Shown: one piece after another, positions 1 through 8,741 of the stretch | Numbering within the stretch: the stretch's first letter is position 1 | Layout of the letters: the number at the start of each line of letters is the position of its first letter | Assembly (NCBI GenBank): GCA_034667725.1 | Contig: JAXDQS010000004.1 | Coordinates: forward strand, 30,973-94,972 | Direction of reading: 5' to 3' | Length of the DNA: 64,000 bases | Source of the DNA: Thermoplasmata archaeon | GTDB taxonomy: Archaea; Thermoplasmatota; E2; JACPAO01; JAHFTW01 | Position numbers and translations under genes: made by a program | Notes under the pieces: generated by a model | What the model saw: the letters and a program-made list of their open reading frames with translations, nothing else | Database searches by the model: none | What the model was told of the DNA's origin: nothing

Positions 1-1221
1 CGGCGCCTTGCGGGCCGTCCACTCGCACATGAGCCCGCCCAGCCGCTCGACGCCGATCTCCAGCTTGTCGTCCGCCGGGTGGCTGAAGTTGAGGCGCATC
101 GTGTTGAAGCCCACGTTGGGGTCGGGGAAGAACGACTTGCCGGGCACATAGGCGACGTTGCGCTGGACGGCGTCCTTGAGCATCTCGGTGGTGTTGACGT
201 GCGGCGCCATGGTGGCCCAGGTGAACAGGCCGCCCTGGGACTTGGTCCACGAGGTGCCCTCCTTCGGGAAGTGCTTGTCCATGCCATGCAGCATCAGGTC
301 GCGCTTCTTGCGGTAGAGGCTGATGATCTCGGGCAGGTGCTTGTCGATGAGGCCGCTGGCCAGCAGGTCCGCCGCGATGTACTGGGTGAAGGCGTTGGTG
401 CAGAGGTCCACGCCCTGCTTGCCGATGACCATCTTGCGGGTGACCTCCAGCGGGGCGACGCTCCAGGCGAGGCGGAAGCCGGGGACCAGGATCTTGCTGA
501 AGGTGCCGAGGTAGATGACGCGACCTTCCTTCTTGTCCATGCTGTGGATGGTAGGGACCGGCTCGCCGTCGAACCGCAGCTTGCCGTAGGGGTCGTCCTC
601 GACGATCAGGAGGTCGTGCTCGTGGGCCAGCTCCAACAGGCGCTTGCGGCGGGGGGCCGACACGGTGGTGCCCGAGGGGTTGGCGAAGGTCGGGACGACG
701 TAGAGGAACTTGGGGTGGACGCCCTGCTTGCGGAGCCGGAGCAGGGTCTCCTCGACGGAGTCCGGGTCGATGCCGTCGCCGTCGGAGTCGGCGGTGGCGT
801 ACTGGACGCCGTAGGCGTTGAACGACTGCATGGCGCCGAGGTAGGTCGGGCTGGAGACCAGGACGGTGTCGTTGACGTCGAGGAAGACGCGGCCGAGCAG
901 GTCGAGGCCTTGCTGGCTGCCGTTGGTGATGAGGACCTGGTCGGGGTGGACGTCCATGCCGTCCTTCCGGAGGTGCTCGGCCACGGCCTCGCGCAGGGGG
1001 GTGACGCCCTCGGTGGTCGAGTACTGCAGCGCGGACTTGGCGTGGTCCCGCAGGACGCGGTGGGTGGCCTCCTCGACCTCGCGCACCGGGAAGGTGGCGG
1101 GGTTGGGCAGGCCGCCGGCGAAGCTGATGATGTTGGGCTTCTCGGTCAGCTTCAGCAGCTCGCGAATCTCGCTGGCTTTCTGCCGTTGGGTTCGCTGCGC
1201 GTAGAGCTTGCCGAAGTCCAT
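1..1221 (-). CDS. PLP-dependent aminotransferase, class I/II (2-aminoadipate/kynurenine aminotransferase-like); C-terminus cut by the window edge
   Basis: Not in the ORF track (runs off the window). Hand translation of the minus strand from ATG at 1221 gives MDFGKLYAQRTQRQKASEIRELLKL...ISFAGGLPNP...TNGSQQGLDL...YLGTFSKILVPGFRLAW (PLP-lysine motif). TTTTAT box at 1248-1253 lies about 29 nt upstream. Confidence 0.75.
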   Translation of the reverse strand, partial: MDFGKLYAQRTQRQKASEIRELLKLTEKPNIISFAGGLPNPATFPVREVEEATHRVLRDHAKSALQYSTTEGVTPLREAVAEHLRKDGMDVHPDQVLITNGSQQGLDLLGRVFLDVNDTVLVSSPTYLGAMQSFNAYGVQYATADSDGDGIDPDSVEETLLRLRKQGVHPKFLYVVPTFANPSGTTVSAPRRKRLLELAHEHDLLIVEDDPYGKLRFDGEPVPTIHSMDKKEGRVIYLGTFSKILVPGFRLAWSVAPLEVTRKMVIGKQGVDLCTNAFTQYIAADLLASGLIDKHLPEIISLYRKKRDLMLHGMDKHFPKEGTSWTKSQGGLFTWATMAPHVNTTEMLKDAVQRNVAYVPGKSFFPDPNVGFNTMRLNFSHPADDKLEIGVERLGGLMCEWTARKAP

Positions 1222-1247
1222 CGCGATTGCGCCCAGCCCCCTGAATC

Positions 1248-1253
1248 ATAAAA
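1248..1253 (-). promoter_or_regulatory. TATA box for the aminotransferase gene (leaderless spacing)
   Basis: TTTTAT on the minus strand, about 29 nt upstream of ATG 1221, in an otherwise GC-rich spacer. Confidence 0.4.
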
Positions 1254-1414
1254 GGGTTCGGCAAGGTGGCGTCTTTGCCAAACCTCGTTCAGCGGATTCA
1301 GCCATTTCTAGACCATGTTTAGAAAACGTGGCTGGCGGCTGAACAAAGGCCCGGCTTTCGGGGGCTTGCTTCACCGGGAGGCCCACGGACAGGCCACGGC
1401 GGGGCTGAACAGGT

Positions 1415-2656
1415 TCAAAGGATCGCGTGCAGCAGCCAGTAGCAGACCGCGGCCACGACGGCGGCCATCGGGATGGTGATGACCCATGCCGACATGATGC
1501 GCCGCGCCGTGCCCCAGCTCACCGCCGACATGCGCTGGAACGCGCCGACGCCGAGGATCGACCCCGTGATGCTGTGCGTCGTCGAGACCGGCACGCCCTT
1601 GTTGGCGAGGAAGAACAGGCTCATCGCGCTCGCGGTCTCGGCGGCGAACCCTTGGCTCGTGTCGAGGTGCGTGAGCTTGGTGCCCATGGTCTTGACGACC
1701 TTGTGGCCTCCGATCATGGTGCCCAGCGCGATGGCCAGGCCGGAGGCGACGATGACCTCCGGCGGCACCGGGAACTCCTTGATGTTGGCCGGCGACGGCA
1801 CCGCGCCCGCCGCGATCAGGAGCGCCGAGATGACGCCCATGGTCTTCTGCGCGTCGTTGGTGCCGTGGCCGAGCGAGTAGGCCGCCGACGAGCCGATCTG
1901 CGCCCAGCGGAAGCCGCCCTTGACCCGGCTCGACGGCACACGGTAGAACAGCCGCGCGATGACGGCGGTGAACACGAACGCCATGAGGAACCCGATGAAC
2001 GGGCTGTAGGCGATGAACAGCAGGGTCGCAAGCAGCTTCTGGACCTGGAAGCCCTGGAAGATGCGCACCGCCAGCCAGACGGCCGAGCCGATGCCGGCCC
2101 CGACGAAGAAGCCCGTGCGCAGCCGCGACCGGCTGGCGGCGGCCACGGCGACCCCGCCGGCCGCGCCCACGGCGGCGCCCTCCAGCAGGATGACGCCGAC
2201 GGCCGCCACGTCGCCCCAGCCCCAGAACTGGACGCCGCCCATGCCGGCGTGCGCCAGCGCCGCGCCGACCAGGCCGCCGATCAGGCTTTGGCTGGACGAG
2301 ATCGGGATTCCGAGGACGATGGTGAGCACCGACCAGAAGACGGCCCCAAGCAGGCCTGCGAGGATGACCTCGGTCGTGACGGCGTCCTTGGCGATGATGC
2401 CGGAGCCGACGGTGGCCGCGACCGCGGTGCCGGCGAAGGCGCCGACGAAGTTGAACGTCCCCGCCAGCGCCAAGGCGCCCCAGACGGGCAGCGCGCGGGT
2501 GGCGACGACGGTGGCGATCGAGTTGGCGGCGTCGTGCAGGCCGTTGTAGAAGTCGAACAGCAGCGCGACCAGGATCGTGAGGAGGACCAGCGGCGTCACG
2601 GCGTCCCAGCCGATGTGGCCCCAGCCGTCGAGGATGCCCAGCAGCGGCAGCGCCAT
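1415..2656 (-). CDS. pitA: Inorganic phosphate transporter, PiT family
   Basis: 413 aa, polytopic; FDFYNGLHDAANSIATVV and GHGTNDAQKTMGVI PiT signature repeats. Confidence 0.9.
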   Translation of the reverse strand: MALPLLGILDGWGHIGWDAVTPLVLLTILVALLFDFYNGLHDAANSIATVVATRALPVWGALALAGTFNFVGAFAGTAVAATVGSGIIAKDAVTTEVILAGLLGAVFWSVLTIVLGIPISSSQSLIGGLVGAALAHAGMGGVQFWGWGDVAAVGVILLEGAAVGAAGGVAVAAASRSRLRTGFFVGAGIGSAVWLAVRIFQGFQVQKLLATLLFIAYSPFIGFLMAFVFTAVIARLFYRVPSSRVKGGFRWAQIGSSAAYSLGHGTNDAQKTMGVISALLIAAGAVPSPANIKEFPVPPEVIVASGLAIALGTMIGGHKVVKTMGTKLTHLDTSQGFAAETASAMSLFFLANKGVPVSTTHSITGSILGVGAFQRMSAVSWGTARRIMSAWVITIPMAAVVAAVCYWLLHAIL

Positions 2657-2662
2657 GGCGGC

Positions 2663-3325
2663 TCACCCGTGCTTGCGCAGGATGTCCTGGAGCACGTCGG
2701 CCACGTCCTCGCACCGGTCGGTGGCGTCCTCGAGGAACTCGTAGATTTCCTTGTACTTCAGGATGACAACCGGGTCGTTGGTCTTGAACAGGGCGCCGAT
2801 GGCCTCGTTGAGGGCGCGGTCGGCGACGTTCTCCAGGCGGTGGATCTCCACCACGTGGGCCGGGATGGTGGTCTTGAGGCTCGAGGGCTTGCGCAGGCCG
2901 CGGACGCCGTCCACCAGCTCGCGGATCTGGCCCTCCAGCACGTCGATGAAGACCTTCATGTGCGGCGTGGGGGCGGGGATCTCCAGGAGCGCGATGCGGT
3001 TGGTGGCGGCGTAGATGGCGTCCACGATGTCGTCGAGGGCGTGCGCCAGGCGGGCGATGTCCTCGCGGTCGATGGGCGTGATGAAGGTCGCGTTGAGGCG
3101 GTCGAACACCTCGTGGCCCACGCTGTCGGCCTCGTGCTCGACGTCGCGGATGCGGGTGCGCCAGGCCTCGACGTTCTGCCAGTTGTCCACCATCTGCCGG
3201 AACAGGCCGGCGGCGTCGCTGGCCAGGGCGACGTGGCGCTCCAGGAGGTCATAGAAGACCCGGTCTTGCGGGATGATCCATTCCTTGAAGCCCATGGCGC
3301 GGCGGCAGATTTCTCGCGACTTCAC
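2663..3325 (-). CDS. DUF47 / PhoU-like Pit accessory protein
   Basis: FKEWIIPQDRVFYDLLERH... helical protein immediately upstream of pit, the usual DUF47-PiT pairing. GTG 3325 sits about 27 nt from a TATA box (leaderless); alternative ATG at 3295. Confidence 0.8.
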   Translation of the reverse strand: MKSREICRRAMGFKEWIIPQDRVFYDLLERHVALASDAAGLFRQMVDNWQNVEAWRTRIRDVEHEADSVGHEVFDRLNATFITPIDREDIARLAHALDDIVDAIYAATNRIALLEIPAPTPHMKVFIDVLEGQIRELVDGVRGLRKPSSLKTTIPAHVVEIHRLENVADRALNEAIGALFKTNDPVVILKYKEIYEFLEDATDRCEDVADVLQDILRKHG

Positions 3326-3327
3326 CG

Positions 3328-3356
3328 TATTCTCAATCTTCTATTGAGACTATAGC
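3328..3356 (-). promoter_or_regulatory. AT-rich promoter/operator of the DUF47-pit operon (TATA CTATAG plus inverted repeat TCTCAAT/ATTGAGA)
   Basis: tattctcaatcttctattgagactatagc; 21 of 29 nt match 24266-24294, upstream of the AbrB-PhoU gene. Abuts the phoU stop codon. Confidence 0.5.
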
Positions 3357-4009
3357 TAACGCAAGGGGAGCCGGCGCTCGCCGCTCGCCATGTAGAGCGC
3401 CTTCTCCGCGATCTTGCGGGCGTTGTCGCCGGTGCGCTCCAGGTGCCGGGCCACCAGGATGTGGTGGGCGTGCAGCGTGATGGTGCGCGGGTCCTCCATC
3501 ATGTAGGTGATGGCCTGGCGGAAGATCTGGTCGTAGAGAGTGTCCACCACCTCGTCCATGGCCGCGACCCCGCGCGCCTTGGCCGCGTCCCGCTCCTTGT
3601 ACGCCTCGATGGCGCGGTCGTACATCTCCATCGCCTTCTCCGCCATCAGGTTGAACGCCAGCGGCTTGCGGGGCAGCTTCTGGTCCCCCAGTTCCAGCGT
3701 CGCCTTGGCGATGTCGTAGCCGTAGCGGCCGATGCGGTCGATGTAGGTGATGACCTTGAGGCTGGCCCCGATGGTGCGCAGGTCGGCCGCCATCGGCTGG
3801 TTCAGGGCCAAGAGCGACAGCGCCTCGGCCTCGATCTCGACGTCGAGCCGGTTGAGCTCCTCCTCGCGCTGGATGACGCGGCGGGCCAAGGCGGCATCCC
3901 CGTCCACCAGGCTGCGGACGCCCTCGACGAGGTTCAGGCGGGCCTGGTCCGCCATGTGCAGGACGCGGGCCTTGAGCTGGTCGATCTCGTTGTGGAACTC
4001 CTTGGTCAT
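3356..4009 (-). CDS. phoU: Phosphate signalling protein PhoU
   Basis: 217 aa, two PhoU repeats (ALNQPMAADLR..., IARHLERTGDNARKIAE); directly downstream of pstB. Confidence 0.9.
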   Translation of the reverse strand: MTKEFHNEIDQLKARVLHMADQARLNLVEGVRSLVDGDAALARRVIQREEELNRLDVEIEAEALSLLALNQPMAADLRTIGASLKVITYIDRIGRYGYDIAKATLELGDQKLPRKPLAFNLMAEKAMEMYDRAIEAYKERDAAKARGVAAMDEVVDTLYDQIFRQAITYMMEDPRTITLHAHHILVARHLERTGDNARKIAEKALYMASGERRLPLR

Positions 4010-4012
4010 GGG

Positions 4013-4807
4013 TCACCCGAAGCGGCCGGTCACGTAGGCCTCCGTCTGCGCGTTGCGCGGGTTCTCGAACAGGTCGCGGGTCGTGCCCTCCTCGATGAGC
4101 TCGCCGAGGTAGAAGAACGCCGTGCGGTCGGAGACCCGCGCGGCCTGCTGCATGTTGTGGGTCACGATGACGACGGTGTGGTCGCGCCGCAGCTCCGCCA
4201 TCAGGTCCTCGATCTTCGCGGTCGCGATCGGGTCGAGGGCGGAGCACGGCTCGTCCATCAGGATGACGTCGGGCCGCACCGCGAGCGCGCGGGCGATGCA
4301 GAGCCGCTGCTGCTGGCCGCCGGAGAGCGCCGTGCCGGGCTGGTCCATGCGGTCCTCGACCTCGCCCAAGAGGTGCGCCTTGGCGAGCGCCTCGCGGACG
4401 CGGTCCTTGACCTGCTCGCGCGACAGGCCGCCGTCGAGCCGCAGGCCGTAGGCGACGTTCTCGAAGATCGACTTGGGGAACGGGTTGGGCTTCTGGAACA
4501 CCATGCCGACCTGGCGCCGGAGGGCGGCCGCCTCGACGCCGCGGGCGTGCACGTCGTGGCCGTGGTACAGCAGCCGCCCCTCGACGCGGGCGCCGGGGAT
4601 GAGGTCGTTCATGCGGTTGAGGCAGCGCAGGAAGGTGGACTTGCCGCAGCCGGACGGGCCGATGAAGGCCGTGACCTGGCGGCGCGGGATGTCGAGGCTG
4701 ACGTCCTTGAGGGCGTGCTTGTCGCCGTACCAGACGTTGAGGCCGCGCACGGCGAAGGCCGCGGCGGTGTCCTGGAGGGGGGTCGGGGGTGCGAGGGTGG
4801 TGGTCAT
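4013..4807 (-). CDS. pstB: Phosphate ABC transporter ATP-binding protein PstB
   Basis: GPSGCGKST Walker [15 protein letters not shown] signature, [11 protein letters not shown] Walker B, C-terminal YVTGRFG. Start taken at internal Met48 of track ORF 4013-4948. Confidence 0.95.
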   Translation of the reverse strand: MTTTLAPPTPLQDTAAAFAVRGLNVWYGDKHALKDVSLDIPRRQVTAFIGPSGCGKSTFLRCLNRMNDLIPGARVEGRLLYHGHDVHARGVEAAALRRQVGMVFQKPNPFPKSIFENVAYGLRLDGGLSREQVKDRVREALAKAHLLGEVEDRMDQPGTALSGGQQQRLCIARALAVRPDVILMDEPCSALDPIATAKIEDLMAELRRDHTVVIVTHNMQQAARVSDRTAFFYLGELIEEGTTRDLFENPRNAQTEAYVTGRFG

Positions 4808-4812
4808 GGGGT

Positions 4813-5678
<866 letters not shown>

Positions 5679-5682
<4 letters not shown>

Positions 5683-6602
5683 GCGAACCGCCTCCGGTAG
5701 CGGGCGAGGATGAACTCGGCCGCCAGGTTGACGGCGAAGGTGAGCGCGAACAGGTAGGCGCCGATGGCGAAGATGGAGCGGTACTGGATCGAGCCGTCAG
5801 GCAGGTCGCCGCCGGCGCGGTTGGCGATGAACGACGTGATGGTCTGCGCCGGCTCGAGGTAGTCCCAGGTCATGGTGGGCACCAGGCCGGCGGCCAGCGT
5901 CACGACCATGGTCTCGCCGATGGCCCGGCTGAAGCCCAGGATGGTGGCGGCGGTGATGCCGCTGCGGGCGGCGGGCAGCACGACCTTCCAGGTGGCCTCC
6001 CACTTGGTGGCGCCGAGGGCGAGGGCGCCTTCCCGCAGCTCGCGCGGCACGGCCCGGAGCGCGTCGTCGGAGATGCTGGAGATGATGGGCACCACCATGA
6101 CGCCGAGGGCCAGGGACGCCGACAGGGCGGTGAACAGCGGCGCGTGGAACGTGGACTGGATGAACGGGCCGATGACGAACAGCGCCAGCAGGCCGAACAC
6201 GATGCTCGGGATCCCGGCCAAGAGCTCCAGCGTGGGCTTGAGGACGCGGCGGGTGCGGTCGCCCGCGAACTCGCTGAGGTAGAGCGCGGAGCCGACGCCG
6301 AGGGGGATGCCGATGAGGCTCGCGCCGACCGCGACCTGGATGGTGCCCTTCAACAGCGGGACCGAGCCGTACTGGCGCGGCAGGAAGTCGGGCGCCCAGG
6401 TGGTGCCGAACAGGAACTCCGCCATGTCCACGGCGGCGAAGAACTGGAAGCCGTTGGTGAGCAGGGTGAGGAAGATGGCGGCCGTCGTGACCGTGGCCAC
6501 CGTCGCCGACGCGAACAGCAGCACCAGGATCCCGCGCTCGGCCAGGCGGGCGGCTTGGAGGCGCCGGCTGGCAAGGACGGGGACGGTCGGGGCCTCGGTC
6601 AT
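5679..6602 (-). CDS. pstC: Phosphate ABC transporter permease PstC
   Basis: 307 aa, [15 protein letters not shown] loop; 4-nt overlap with pstA. Confidence 0.9.
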
Positions 6603-6609
6603 GGGCGGC

Positions 6610-7548
6610 TCAGGCGATCTTGGCTTGCATCTCGGCGAGCTTGGCGGCGGGCATCCGGATGTACTTCACGGCGGCCACCAGGTCTTGGCCCTCCTGGGAG
6701 AGGCCCTTCTCGAAGTAGGCCTTCAGGACGCCGGCCGGCTTGCCGTCGGTGTACATGAAAAGCGGGCGGGCGAGCGGGTGGTACTTGCCGCCCTCGACGT
6801 TGGCGTCCGTGGGCTCGACGCAGCCGTTGCCCTTGCCCTCGTCGACGCCGACGACGCGCACCTTGTCCGGATGCTCGCGGGCGTAGGCCAGGCCGAAGTA
6901 GCCGAGCGCGTAGGGGCTGGAGGCCACGCCCTGCACCAGGACGTTGTCATCCTCCGACGGCGTGTAGTCGCTGCGGCCCTTGGTCTCCTTGCCGTCGACG
7001 GGGGCGAGGATGGCCTCGACGAAGTACTCGAAGGTGCCCGAGTCGGTGCCGGGGCCGAACAGCTCGAAGGCCTCGTCCGGCCAGTCGGCGTCCAGGTCCT
7101 TCCAGCGCTTGGCCTGCTTGGCGGCGTCGGCGGTCCAGACCTGGTGCAGCTGGGCGGTCGTGAGGCAGTGGACGAAAGTGTTGGAGGCGGCCACGACCAC
7201 CGACAGGCCGTCGACCGCGACCTGGATCTCGAACGGCTCGATGCCCTTGGCCTTGCAGTCGGCGACCTCGGTCGCCTTGATCGGCCGGCTGGCGTCGGCG
7301 ATGTCCAGCTCGCCGCGGCAGAAGCGCGCGAGGCCCGCGCCGGAGCCGCCGCCGCCCACCACGATGCTGGCGCCGACGTCGCGGCCGAAGGCCTCCGACC
7401 ACGCCTGCGCGATGGGGTAGACCGTCGAGCTGCCGGCTTGGTCGACGACGACGCGGCTGCCGGCGCATCCAGCCAGCAGGAGGAGAAGGAGGGCGAGGGA
7501 CGCAAAGGTGCGCTGCATGGGCCAGGAGGCAGGCGGGCCGGGCTTCAC
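6610..7548 (-). CDS. pstS: Phosphate-binding lipoprotein PstS (copy 1)
   Basis: Lipobox LLLAGC, GSSTVYP, GGGSGAG, GPGTDSGTF. GTG 7548 lies about 29 nt downstream of a CTATAG box (leaderless); alternative ATG 7518. Confidence 0.9.
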   Translation of the reverse strand: MKPGPPASWPMQRTFASLALLLLLLAGCAGSRVVVDQAGSSTVYPIAQAWSEAFGRDVGASIVVGGGGSGAGLARFCRGELDIADASRPIKATEVADCKAKGIEPFEIQVAVDGLSVVVAASNTFVHCLTTAQLHQVWTADAAKQAKRWKDLDADWPDEAFELFGPGTDSGTFEYFVEAILAPVDGKETKGRSDYTPSEDDNVLVQGVASSPYALGYFGLAYAREHPDKVRVVGVDEGKGNGCVEPTDANVEGGKYHPLARPLFMYTDGKPAGVLKAYFEKGLSQEGQDLVAAVKYIRMPAAKLAEMQAKIA

Positions 7549-7574
7549 CGTAACCTCCGGATTCTAGGGTTTCT

Positions 7575-7580
7575 CTATAG
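7575..7580 (-). promoter_or_regulatory. TATA box for pstS copy 1
   Basis: CTATAG followed 22 nt later by TACGGTGAAG, the same decamer that carries the GTG start of the DUF47 gene. Confidence 0.45.
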
Positions 7581-8609
7581 TCAGGCGATCTTGGCTTGCA
7601 TCTCGGCAAGCTTCGGGGCCGGGAGCTTGATGTAGCCGACCTCGTGGACGATCTCCTGCCCGCCCGCCGAGAGCCCCTTCTCGAAGTAGGCCTTGAGGAC
7701 GCCGGCGGGCTTGCCCTTCGTGTACATGAAAAGCGGGCGGGAGAGCGGGCTGTACTTGCCGCCCTCGACGTTGGCGTCCGTCGGCTCGACGCAGCCGTTG
7801 CCCTTGCCCTCGTCCACCTTGACGACGCGCACCTTGTCCGGGTTCTCCTTGGCGTAGGCCAGCCCGAAGTAGCCGAGCGCGTGTTGGCTGGAGGCCACGC
7901 CCTGCACAAGCACGTTGTCGTCCTCCGACGGCGTGTAGTCGCTGCGGCCCTTGGTGTTGGCGCCGTCGAACGGCGTGATGATGACCTCGACGAAGTAGTC
8001 GAAGGTGCCCGAGTCGGTGCCGGGGCCGTAGAGCACGATGGGCTGGTCCGGCCACGCGGGGTCGAGCTGGCTCCACTTGGTCACCTGCTTGGAGGCGTCC
8101 GCGGTCCAGATGCGGTTGAGCTGGGCGACCGTCAGGCACTGCACGAAGGTGTTCGACGTCGCGACCACGACCGACAGGCCGTCGACGGCGACCTGGATCT
8201 CGAACGGCTCGATGCCGGCGTTGCGGCAGGTCGTCTTCTCCGCGTCGCGCATCGGGCGCGAGGCGTCCGCGATGTCCAGCTCGCCGCGGCAGAAGCGGCT
8301 GATGCCGGCGCCGGAGCCGCCGCCGCCAACGACGATGTTGGCGCCGATGGCGCGGCCGTGCTCCTCGGCCCAGGCCTGCGCGATCGGGTAGACCGTCGAG
8401 CTGCCGGCCTGGTTGACGAGCTGCCGGCCGCCGGAGCCGCCCGTCACGACCTGCACGCTGGTGCTGGTGGCGGTGACGGTCTGGCCCGCCGCGTTGGTGG
8501 TGGTGAAGGTCTGGGTGTGCGTGGTGGTGTTGCTGGTGCTGGCCGCGCAGCCTGCCAACAGGAGGATGGCGACGGCGGAGGCGGCGGTCAAGGCGGGCTT
8601 GAGGTTCAT
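7581..8609 (-). CDS. pstS: Phosphate-binding lipoprotein PstS (copy 2, with Thr-rich linker)
   Basis: Last 342 aa of track ORF 7581-10475: MNLKPAL...LLLAGC lipobox, about 40-aa T/S-rich linker, then a PstS fold collinear with copy 1 and the same C-terminus AEMQAKIA. AAGGTG Shine-Dalgarno-like motif upstream of the ATG. Confidence 0.9.
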   Translation of the reverse strand: MNLKPALTAASAVAILLLAGCAASTSNTTTHTQTFTTTNAAGQTVTATSTSVQVVTGGSGGRQLVNQAGSSTVYPIAQAWAEEHGRAIGANIVVGGGGSGAGISRFCRGELDIADASRPMRDAEKTTCRNAGIEPFEIQVAVDGLSVVVATSNTFVQCLTVAQLNRIWTADASKQVTKWSQLDPAWPDQPIVLYGPGTDSGTFDYFVEVIITPFDGANTKGRSDYTPSEDDNVLVQGVASSQHALGYFGLAYAKENPDKVRVVKVDEGKGNGCVEPTDANVEGGKYSPLSRPLFMYTKGKPAGVLKAYFEKGLSAGGQEIVHEVGYIKLPAPKLAEMQAKIA

Positions 8610-8741
8610 GGGGACACCTTGTGTCGGCCGCGACCTCCCGCCCAGCGTCTTGGCCGTATCCTCAATAGACCCCTGTGGCCGCAAGTGGCTAGGGAGCAAA
8701 CCTTGAACCTCGGGCCCGGCCGGTCGGACGCGGTGCAACCC

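Noticed and set aside
79-1251. 390-aa plus-strand ORF at the left edge
   Set aside because: It is antisense to a well-supported aminotransferase (SKILVPGFRLAW PLP motif) read on the minus strand. The translation is repetitive V/E/A/G/D/L with no motif.
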